A stretch of DNA of 64,000 nucleotides from an uncultured Acidobacteriota bacterium (GTDB taxonomy: Bacteria > Acidobacteriota > UBA6911), in assembly GCA_963809485.1 (NCBI GenBank), contig CAWEJX010000020.1:384001-448000 (forward strand), in the 5' to 3' direction. Under the pieces are notes generated by a model. The model was not told where the DNA came from. It searched no databases and saw only the letters and a program-made list of their open reading frames with translations. Below are positions 1 through 8,301 of this stretch, piece by piece. The translations under genes and the position numbers were made by a program. The first letter of the stretch is position 1; each line of letters begins with the position of its first letter.

Positions 1-1059
1 TATGAACAGCGGAACGGCGTGAATGCCGCTGTCTTTATGCAGTTTTTCGAACAACTGGGCTTTGAACGGCCAATCGAGCACTCGTGCCAGTTTCTCCGGA
101 CCGGCCCGGAGTCCATCCAGAGTCCTGCGCCATGTCTCACAGACCTGTGGGGCAAAGGAAGGCATGTATTCATGATGCTGGTGACGCTCGGCGAGTTCTA
201 GATAGTGCGCCTGGAGATCGACTGCCGTGATCGTGCGGCCATCGGCCAAAGACAGCGGATGTTGCAGATCCCCTGAAACGCGGTGAAGGGCCTGAACAGG
301 ATCCTGCAGTTGAACCTTCCGGCCGGGTTCAAGACCCGCTTCGGCCATGGCCACCACCAGCGAGGTTGCACCGAGCTTCAAATAAAGCGCTGTCTCGCTA
401 TGTAAAGATTCCCCGCATATGACATGAAGCCGCCAGTAGCCGGGGCCGGCCAGGCTCTCGTCGCGCGTGTGAAAAATTCCACGGTAACAGCCGGTTGAAT
501 CATCACTGATGGGCTTCGAAAAGAAGAGAGAGCGAGGCGATAGGCAGAATGCCAGCCGGTTCGGTGAAAATGGACTGAAGCCGCCCGCTCCTGTGTAGAT
601 GATTCTTGTTACCAGATGCGGGATGAGGTCCGGGGCCAGGGAGTCGGGCCGGGTCCGGGTCAGGTAGGATTCATGCTGCCCCCATGTGCTGGGCACTCCG
701 CCGTTCAAACCTACATTCGACCGGAAAAGACTGATCTCGCAGTCGCCGTCCCGTTCCTCGAGCGCGGTCGCCAATTCGTTCAGCAGGTTCTCTCCAGCTT
801 TCACCTGGGCGACCGCCTCACGCAAATCGGGGGTTTCGGCTGCACACCATTCGGGGTGCCCGCCGGTATCGACATAAAATCGAGCGCCGGAGGTTGTAAA
901 GATCCCCTTGCCGCATGTTGCGGGCAGAAACCGCCAGCGTTCTATCGCCAGAGCGGTGAGCCGCTGGAGAATGGTCTGGCGGTCCATCGGAACGCCCTCC
1001 TTTGATGTTGCGGACACTGCAAATTCCGTTTCTATCCCCATGATTCGGTCCGTCGGCAT
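1..1059 (-). CDS. Pup-ligase/deamidase (PafA/Dop) family protein, PafA-like; 3' end lies outside the window
   Basis: Not in the ORF track because there is no stop in the window. Manual translation gives an open frame of 353 codons from ATG 1059 (AAGGAG upstream): MPTDRIMGIETEF...GARFYVDTGGHPEWCAAE...STWGQHESYL...LIPHLVTRIIYTGAG...RGIFHTRDE...WRLHVICGES...LYLKLGATSLV...LDWPFK. These match the ordered PafA/Dop motifs. Confidence 0.9.
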   Translation of the reverse strand, partial: MPTDRIMGIETEFAVSATSKEGVPMDRQTILQRLTALAIERWRFLPATCGKGIFTTSGARFYVDTGGHPEWCAAETPDLREAVAQVKAGENLLNELATALEERDGDCEISLFRSNVGLNGGVPSTWGQHESYLTRTRPDSLAPDLIPHLVTRIIYTGAGGFSPFSPNRLAFCLSPRSLFFSKPISDDSTGCYRGIFHTRDESLAGPGYWRLHVICGESLHSETALYLKLGATSLVVAMAEAGLEPGRKVQLQDPVQALHRVSGDLQHPLSLADGRTITAVDLQAHYLELAERHQHHEYMPSFAPQVCETWRRTLDGLRAGPEKLARVLDWPFKAQLFEKLHKDSGIHAVPLFI

Positions 1060-1228
1060 GATTATGGGCCTCTCCTTGTTGCCTCGACAGGGTCCCCGAA
1101 GTCCGTGCTCAGCAAAGGGTGCATGAGAACCTCAGAAAGCTGTTTTTCTATCGGCTCAACCTTCCACATTCCTGAATGCATCAAGTGCCCGGCGCGAGGT
1201 TGCCGCTAAAGCCTCAGTTGACAAACCG

Positions 1229-2326
1229 CTATAGAAGCCGCCGCCGCTCGTCTTCGGAAACCGGGGGACCTTCCATAACTTCAATGATCCGGCAGCCACG
1301 ACGGCTGGCGGCATCGATCAGGTCTATATAGTGCAACTCCCCGATCTCCTGCAGAGCGCTCTTGACCATGCCCTTGTATTTCCGGGTGATCCCGGCCGTT
1401 TCCGAGTCCAGGTAAATATTCAACGCCGCTCTGGCAATCATTGATTCTTCCTTGCTGGACTTGGCTTCCTGGAGGTCGTCAATATCATCCCGAATCCATG
1501 TCTCAACCAGGCGGCGGTGTTTTGAGGTCGCGTCCACCCATGTGTTCTGCGGGTTAAGCTCGAAAATGGACCTCTGAACAGGGATGCAGTCGTCGCAAAT
1601 GCCGTCGAAAAACTCGAAGCGCGTGTCGAGCATGACCATTACGGGCACTCCCTCATCCAGGATGACCTCCCGGGCAGCCTGAAACCATTCCGCCTCGATT
1701 TCGGGATACACAATTTCATCCTTCTCTATCAGCATCGTTCCCAGGGACAGGGAGTCCCATGGGTCCCCCCCGGTCCACATACCGATCGTGCGGCCGTCCG
1801 GCAATAGCATGAAATCAGGTATCAGGCAAAACGCACCTAGATTCCTGCTGATGACCTCCTCCCTGTTAAATTTGAACATGGTGAGTTCTGTCGCCCGCGC
1901 GACGCGAGCTTGCGGCTGATGCAACACAAATGCCAGGGATGCATCCATCCGCAGCAGGTCGTGGATCCGGGTGCCCTGGGGCAGAAGCCTGTGAATCCGA
2001 GCCATTTGATCTGCCGAGGGCTCGGCATCGCTGCCATGCTTGTACAGGCTTGAGACAGTAGAAAAACCCGACGGTATGGAGCATTCCGGTTTATGGAATC
2101 CTTCGGGGGACGTTTTGTTTTGAGGCTGTGAGGCATCCGGAGCAGCGGCACTCGTCTCCGCGCGGTCCCGGCGTCCTTCAATGGACCCGATGATGAAGAA
2201 TAAACATAAGGTCGCTACCAAAACGGCGAATGACAGCAACAATTTGGGGCCGTCAATCACTATAGTTAGGTCGTCGTCGGGCGTTTTGCTTTTTGCATTC
2301 GGCGGTTTCATAAAGGCCCCTTTCAC
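1229..2326 (-). CDS. Hypothetical protein with a single N-terminal membrane anchor
   Basis: 365-aa ORF with hydrophobic segment LLLSFAVLVATLCLFFIIGSIEGRR, a low-complexity linker and then an unrecognised domain with CDDC. The start overlaps the upstream stop (GTGA); an alternative ATG is at 2311. Confidence 0.7.
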   Translation of the reverse strand: MKGAFMKPPNAKSKTPDDDLTIVIDGPKLLLSFAVLVATLCLFFIIGSIEGRRDRAETSAAAPDASQPQNKTSPEGFHKPECSIPSGFSTVSSLYKHGSDAEPSADQMARIHRLLPQGTRIHDLLRMDASLAFVLHQPQARVARATELTMFKFNREEVISRNLGAFCLIPDFMLLPDGRTIGMWTGGDPWDSLSLGTMLIEKDEIVYPEIEAEWFQAAREVILDEGVPVMVMLDTRFEFFDGICDDCIPVQRSIFELNPQNTWVDATSKHRRLVETWIRDDIDDLQEAKSSKEESMIARAALNIYLDSETAGITRKYKGMVKSALQEIGELHYIDLIDAASRRGCRIIEVMEGPPVSEDERRRLL

Positions 2327-5300
2327 AGAGTGATCACGGCGCGAAATCCATGCGCCCGGCCCCTTCCATCATCATCCGCGTCGATCCAATCCACGGATTG
2401 AAGCTTGTCCGCCCCGTTGTTGCCCCTGCTTCCGACAAGAGCACGCTGACCGCCGGGATTCCGGTCGCGCGTCCATTCCCCGGATGCGGAGACCGCCCAA
2501 TCAGGGACAGACTCACCCAGACGGCGCCGGTAATGAATCAGGTTCCCCATAAGGTTCCACTCGAGGGCGGATGGCAGTCCCACAACCGTGCAATCCAGTC
2601 CAAGCAGCTTCGCGGTTTCCGGAAGAGCATTTCTCTGAAGGACATTCCACGAAACCAATTTGGGCCGGTTGCACAGCCGTTCGGAAGGCTTCTCCACATA
2701 TCTGTGTTCGGTCGATCTCCGGCCATGGGTCCGCAACTCGACCGCCACCCAACGCCCTGTCATCCTGGAGGATCCATTGGGGCCCGATGCCCGGCAGGGA
2801 TTTTCCAGCGGGTAATGCCATTCGGGATATTTCCGGAAGGGCTCCATCCCCTCCAAATCAAGTGAGGGGAGATAGAAAATATCAAAATCCAGCGACCTCA
2901 GTTGCTCGTATTTTTCAATGGATACATCTTCGGGCACGGGATGCATCTCACAGGACCGGCCCAAAAATCCGCCGAGCCATTGAAACATTCTGTATCGGAT
3001 GATTTGGCGCAACAACCAGCCGGGAGTGTGGTCAAAAAGCCCGGCGATATCCGAAACTTCACCACGCTCGGCCAACCACTTCGCCAGTGTTTGAAGCTTT
3101 TTCCGAACGGGCCAGTGTCCGCGGTAATTCAAATGGTGCGCATTCTGACGGGCTTTCTCCGATTCGAGGGCCAGGCGGGCAATGCGCACAAATCTTTCAT
3201 CATCGGGATAGAACTCTGCCGGCGTGCTTTCCCCGAGATGCACCTTTCGCCCCTCCGATACATCCTTCACCAGACGCGCTGCAACCTGCCGTATCGAGTC
3301 CTCGAGCGACAGGCCAATATCGGTGTTCTTCACAACCTTGTATTGGGAGGCATGCTGTTCCAGCCTCCCGTAGAAAGCATCTGCTTTTTGTCGGATATGG
3401 GAAAGCTCTCCGCCGGTTGCGGCTTCCTGCATCATCCGGAGCCAGGCATCATTGCTCTGGGACAGGCTGAGAATTTCTTTGTAGCCGCGCAATTCCCCCA
3501 GCGCTTCAGTCTCGCCCAACAGGGCTCCCATGGAGGGGCGGACTTGCGAATAATACGGCTCCTTTAGCCTCAGGCCCGACAGTTCCTGCTCCAGTAATCC
3601 CTCGGTGACCTTGAAGATGCTGTAAGCCGCTCCCATGAAGGCGTTCATTTCGACAAACGACCGTACCCAGAGCAGAAACGCGTCGGGATTCAGGGTGAAG
3701 CTGTTGCAGCTTTCCAGATAGCTCTGCACGGCAGCCAGCCGTTCTCCGTGTAACGCTTCCAACTGCTCCAGCGTCATTGCGCGAATTTTGAGTCGCCACT
3801 GCCAGATATCATGGAAATCGACCCAATGGATTGCGTCCCGTATTTCGGCCCGGACAGGCGCAGCAATGCGTTTGCCGAAATGAGCATGGCACTCGCGGTA
3901 AATTTCCTGCATGAATATGCCGACGGGGTGCTTCGGCTTCCCGATCCAGCGGCGTCCATCCGGTCCGGCGCATGTCTGTCCCGTCCTTGCAGCCTCATCC
4001 CAGGATTCGTCCTCTGATTCGCTGTCAACGGTCCCGTAGGAAGGCTGCAGGTTCCGGACCTGGAAAAGCCAATCCTTCGGAACCTGGCCGAGAAATACAA
4101 ACCTCTGGGTTGCATCCAGGGTAACCAGCTGGTTCTCGTAAGCCCTGAGGATGCCGGTGGCGCCGGATGCTCCCGTAATGGCCGCCTTGCCCTGTTCACG
4201 CATGACAATAGCGGTGTGACATCCCGGGCTGCCGATTTCCGTAATGGCCCCGGCGCAGCGACCGAGAACCCGTTCCCACAGGTTGGTGGTATTGGGAACA
4301 ACCAGAATGTCGCCCGGCCACACCTTCTGTTCAGCCTCATCCAGGGATCCTGCGACACACAATCTTCCGTCGGCGACGCCGGGGGATGCCGTAAAGCCTC
4401 CAAGGAACCAGCGCGACCGGCTGCAAGCGCGATCCAGACTCACTGCGACAAGACTGCACGTTTCCTCTCCCCACGCGGTCTCGGGCCTCACCTGCAATAT
4501 GGCGATTCTCCCATCGGCCTCGACGGCGAACTCCACATCCACATACTTCACCTGCTGATTGCCGCCAAAATAGTCCCCGATATAGCGGACCCGATGAGCC
4601 AGGCCCCTCACCTCGGTGGAACTCAATGCGAAATTGGCTCGTTCTTCAAACTCCGTCACGCAGGCGACGGTTGTGCCGAGCAAACCATCGAAGAATATCT
4701 TTTCGGATTTCTCGCCGAGAGTGCGTTTCACGATAGTCAAATCTACCGGATCGACAATCCATACGTCGGGTGTCGCAGATCCGCGGACCTCCCCCTCGCC
4801 CAGTCCATAATTGGCATGAATGCGGATCATGGGGGCTCCGGTCTCGAGATCCACCGTGAAGGCGGTGCCCGCCGCCCGCGCGTCTACCATTCTTTGCAGT
4901 ATGACGGCCATTTCCGTTCCGGCATGTTTGATGCCGCGGGAGTTGCGATAATGGACCGCGTTGATCCCGAACGCGGATATCCAAACCCTGCGCACAGATT
5001 CGATCACGGATTGAAGGCTTCCCTGATTCAGGCAAGTTTCATACTGGCCGGCAAAGGACGCCACCTGACCGTCTTCTGCCTTGGCCGAACTGCGCACGCT
5101 CACGCGGAAATGATCCCCGGCAAACCCGGCCCTCAGGGCATCATAGCCAGCTTTGATGCTTGCGGCAGTGCTTTCGGGAATGCCGGCAGCCTTCATCGCC
5201 TGCCGGATTTTCTCCGCCTGGCCATGGACCTGCTCTTCATCCCTCAGGCCATCCAGGTCGGCGATCAAGCAGGTCAGCTCTGGATTTTCGTTGAAAAAGC

Positions 5301-5475
5301 AGCGATAGGCTTCCGTGGTAATGACGAAAGCAGGAGGTATCCGAACACCGGGAAGAGGCAGTAGTTTCGCAAGATTTGCCGCTTTGCCGCCGACAAGGGA
5401 AAAATCTCTTGCCGCCTCGTCATAAAGCGTCACAACCAGCGGTTTGTTTGAGAATGTTTTGGAGGGATCGGACAT
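2323..5475 (-). CDS. PEP-utilising dikinase-like protein (ATP-grasp + phospho-His swivel + non-canonical C-terminal half)
   Basis: PPDK_N motifs VGGKAANL, VRSSAKAED, SFAGQYET, GLGE, DVEFA, ILQVRPET; mobile domain GCHTAIVMRE. No recognisable PEP/pyruvate TIM barrel follows. Confidence 0.85.
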   Translation of the reverse strand: MSDPSKTFSNKPLVVTLYDEAARDFSLVGGKAANLAKLLPLPGVRIPPAFVITTEAYRCFFNENPELTCLIADLDGLRDEEQVHGQAEKIRQAMKAAGIPESTAASIKAGYDALRAGFAGDHFRVSVRSSAKAEDGQVASFAGQYETCLNQGSLQSVIESVRRVWISAFGINAVHYRNSRGIKHAGTEMAVILQRMVDARAAGTAFTVDLETGAPMIRIHANYGLGEGEVRGSATPDVWIVDPVDLTIVKRTLGEKSEKIFFDGLLGTTVACVTEFEERANFALSSTEVRGLAHRVRYIGDYFGGNQQVKYVDVEFAVEADGRIAILQVRPETAWGEETCSLVAVSLDRACSRSRWFLGGFTASPGVADGRLCVAGSLDEAEQKVWPGDILVVPNTTNLWERVLGRCAGAITEIGSPGCHTAIVMREQGKAAITGASGATGILRAYENQLVTLDATQRFVFLGQVPKDWLFQVRNLQPSYGTVDSESEDESWDEAARTGQTCAGPDGRRWIGKPKHPVGIFMQEIYRECHAHFGKRIAAPVRAEIRDAIHWVDFHDIWQWRLKIRAMTLEQLEALHGERLAAVQSYLESCNSFTLNPDAFLLWVRSFVEMNAFMGAAYSIFKVTEGLLEQELSGLRLKEPYYSQVRPSMGALLGETEALGELRGYKEILSLSQSNDAWLRMMQEAATGGELSHIRQKADAFYGRLEQHASQYKVVKNTDIGLSLEDSIRQVAARLVKDVSEGRKVHLGESTPAEFYPDDERFVRIARLALESEKARQNAHHLNYRGHWPVRKKLQTLAKWLAERGEVSDIAGLFDHTPGWLLRQIIRYRMFQWLGGFLGRSCEMHPVPEDVSIEKYEQLRSLDFDIFYLPSLDLEGMEPFRKYPEWHYPLENPCRASGPNGSSRMTGRWVAVELRTHGRRSTEHRYVEKPSERLCNRPKLVSWNVLQRNALPETAKLLGLDCTVVGLPSALEWNLMGNLIHYRRRLGESVPDWAVSASGEWTRDRNPGGQRALVGSRGNNGADKLQSVDWIDADDDGRGRAHGFRAVITL

Positions 5476-5887
5476 ATTTCAAGCCCCGTTAAATCAAGCT
5501 GCTTTCAAGCCTGAGCACAGCATTGGGATTCCTTCCAGGCGCCAAATAGATTTCTTCGCTCCGGCCCGCATCGCATCTCTTATGCCGCCTCTGACCCCTT
5601 TAGCTTAAAACAGCCATCGCAGCCAACCTGCAGAAGCGGGCAAGTCACACAACAATGCTATGCAACCCGCTCAAGTTCATGGGCATAGAGCAGCGACAAA
5701 TTTTCAGATAACATGAAATCACAGGGGATCACATACGGTGGATAGATGGAGTATGGCGTGATGGCAAAAGTGGACCGTAGATAGTTTAAATGTGTGGCCT
5801 CCATAAGTCCTCTTTCCTAACAATTACACTTTCGAAAACCCCGTGTTCTTTGCCATACTCTGGGACCTGTTCGCATGGAGGGCCTCG

Positions 5888-7384
5888 ATGAATCTGGCAC
5901 ATAACCTTGAATCTTCGGCGCTGTTTTATCCAAACCACCCGGCTGTCCGGGAACCGGGCGGGGAGACGACCTATGGACAGCTCAACGAAATGGCAAGCCG
6001 CGTCGCATCCGGTCTTGTTCAGAAAGGCATCGTCCCCGGCGACCTGGTAGCCCTTTGTGCCCCGAATACCGCTGAGTGGCTTGCCGTTTACTTCGGCATC
6101 CTCAAAGCCGGGGCAGTTGCCACGACGATCTCCTGCCTGCTGACGGACCACGAATTCTCGAACTTGATTCTCCACTCCAGGCCGCGAGTCGTTTACGCAG
6201 ATGAATCCAGGCTTGAAACACTGAAGCGCATCCGTTCCTCGGCAGGGATTGAAATGATACTTTGTCGCAACGGAGATATCGATCTTGGGGGTTTTATGGC
6301 TCAGGGCACCCCTGCTTTCCGCAGCATTGAACGAGAGCGGCGCGACCCGATCGCAGTTCTTTACACAGGTGGCACGACCGGCTTTCCCAAGGGGGTCATG
6401 CTCACTCAGGAAGGAATGGATTTCTCCTGCCAGTCCAATCTGCTCTACGAGCGTTACACGCATGCGGACACGAGCCTTTGCTTCCTCCCTTTCAACCACG
6501 TCTTCGGGCAGATCTATATCATGCACCCGACAATTCTCAGCGCCGGCTGCCTGGAGCTCATGCCGAGTTTCGACATGGATCGCGTGCTTTGGCTTCTGGA
6601 GAATGACCGTCTGACCCGCTTTTATGCAGTGCCCACTATATTCACGCGGTTTATCGACATCCCCGACATCGGCAATAAATTCCGGAAGGTTCGATACTGT
6701 TTTTCCGGCGGGGCTGCGATGTCTTCCGGCCTTCTTAAATATTGGAAAGAACGAACCGGCATCACCATTGCTGACGGCTATGGGCTGACCGAATTCATGC
6801 CCATTACGTACAACAACTATCACCTTGAGCACCATGTATCCGGATCTGTAGGACGGTCCGTATCGGGTGTGGAACTGGAAATAAGGGATGAAAAAGGAAG
6901 GCAGGTGGCCGACGGGGAGAAAGGGGAAATATCAGTCCGTGGAATCAGCGCAATGAAGGGGTACCTGCGCGATCCTGAAGCCACCCGCGAAACCTTCTGG
7001 CCCGACGGCTGGCTTCGGACGGGCGATATCGGCGTGGTGGATTCGAGAGGCTTTGTTTACATCGTGGACCGGCTCAAGGACATGGTGATAACCGGGGGCG
7101 AGAATGTCTATCCGCGGGAAATCGAGGAAGCTATCTACTTGATGCCCGAAATTGAGGACTGTGCGGTCATAGGCGTACCGGACAAGCAGTGGGGAGAACG
7201 CGTTGTCGCCTATCTGGTGTTCAGGAAAGGCCAGCGTATTGAAATTGGCGAATTGAAAGACTCGCTAAAAGTCCGGCTATCGGCCTTCAAGCTGCCCAAG
7301 GAATATTTCATCGTGAAAGAGCTGCCGAAAAGTCCTCAGGGGAAAATACTCAGAAAAGAAGTACGCAAGCTGTACGCGCCGTAG
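5888..7384 (+). CDS. AMP-binding acyl-CoA synthetase (long-chain fatty-acid-CoA ligase family)
   Basis: YTGGTTGFPKG, GYGLTE, RTGD, DRLKDMVITGGENVYP, PKSPQGKI; GGAGG before ATG 5888. Confidence 0.9.
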   Translation: MNLAHNLESSALFYPNHPAVREPGGETTYGQLNEMASRVASGLVQKGIVPGDLVALCAPNTAEWLAVYFGILKAGAVATTISCLLTDHEFSNLILHSRPRVVYADESRLETLKRIRSSAGIEMILCRNGDIDLGGFMAQGTPAFRSIERERRDPIAVLYTGGTTGFPKGVMLTQEGMDFSCQSNLLYERYTHADTSLCFLPFNHVFGQIYIMHPTILSAGCLELMPSFDMDRVLWLLENDRLTRFYAVPTIFTRFIDIPDIGNKFRKVRYCFSGGAAMSSGLLKYWKERTGITIADGYGLTEFMPITYNNYHLEHHVSGSVGRSVSGVELEIRDEKGRQVADGEKGEISVRGISAMKGYLRDPEATRETFWPDGWLRTGDIGVVDSRGFVYIVDRLKDMVITGGENVYPREIEEAIYLMPEIEDCAVIGVPDKQWGERVVAYLVFRKGQRIEIGELKDSLKVRLSAFKLPKEYFIVKELPKSPQGKILRKEVRKLYAP

Positions 7385-7524
7385 TATCCATTGTTTCATT
7401 CTCTGGCGAAGGCATTTTCTGCTGTTTGGCGACACCTGCACGAATGAACTCACCCAATCGCTTTGAGCTATTTGCGAGTAAGCGTCCGGCTTTTCCCGAG
7501 GTTTTGACCAGCTCCCGATTGCGC

Positions 7525-7986
7525 CTAATCATGCCCTGATCCCTTCTCCTGCCTCACAGTGACCGTCAGGTCGACTGTTTTCGTATTTCCCTTGTTGTCT
7601 TCGGCAATCAAACTGTAGACAGTATCCGTTTGGGGCATGGTGGCAACACAGCGGGAAATCGACGGCCAGACACTTTCGACCGGCGCTGGTTCAATGCGAA
7701 CGCTCTCGGCGTTGGTTACGCTGTAGCAGAGCTGGGCGGTTTCGCCCCGGAGGATGGTCGAAGGCACCGCATAAAAGGACAATATTCTGATGCCGCCGCC
7801 ATAGGCTTCGGCAAATGCTCGGTCACGCGCCTCGACAGGTGCCTTCAAGCGCTGGATCAGCGCTTGATTATTTGTCCATCGAAAATAATAAACGAAACCC
7901 AGATAAATCAAGGCCACGGCAACAGTCAGGCAAGCAAAAATCCAAGTTTTGCGCATGTCGAAATTCTCCGACAAAACCATCTTCAA
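7525..7986 (-). CDS. Hypothetical membrane-anchored protein with an Ig-like beta module
   Basis: N-terminal TM helix, then ILSFYAVPSTILRGETAQLCYSV...SRCV...YSLIAED. The true start may be the later Met (MRKTW). Confidence 0.65.
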   Translation of the reverse strand: MKMVLSENFDMRKTWIFACLTVAVALIYLGFVYYFRWTNNQALIQRLKAPVEARDRAFAEAYGGGIRILSFYAVPSTILRGETAQLCYSVTNAESVRIEPAPVESVWPSISRCVATMPQTDTVYSLIAEDNKGNTKTVDLTVTVRQEKGSGHD

Positions 7987-8301
7987 TTTGCAGATTCGGC
8001 ATTATAAGACCAAACCGACAGCTTTGCGGATCAGTCAAAATATAGATCCATTCTCAAACCTCTCGGCTTCGCCTGCGCCAGGCGCTGGTGGTATTGGGGC
8101 GGTTCTGCTGCTGATCGGTGCTGTCAATTCATTTGCCGTGCCCATCACTTAGGGCTATCTGCCTGCATCGTTTCCGTGGATCCTGGCATCTCCGTTCATG
8201 CTGCATGTTACAAGTCACAGGTCAAAAGGTGATCCTGAGCCGATCCTATGCATGCCGGTCCGCAACTCTTCCCGTTTGGCCAAAAAGATCCTGCTATCCG
8301 C

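Noticed and set aside
1060-1228. Pup/UBact-like small ORF upstream of the PafA-like gene
   Set aside because: No minus-strand ORF ending in GGE/GGQ is visible here; a modifier could still lie beyond the window edge.
2323-5475. Canonical ppsA
   Set aside because: The C-terminal PEP/pyruvate-binding barrel motifs are absent.
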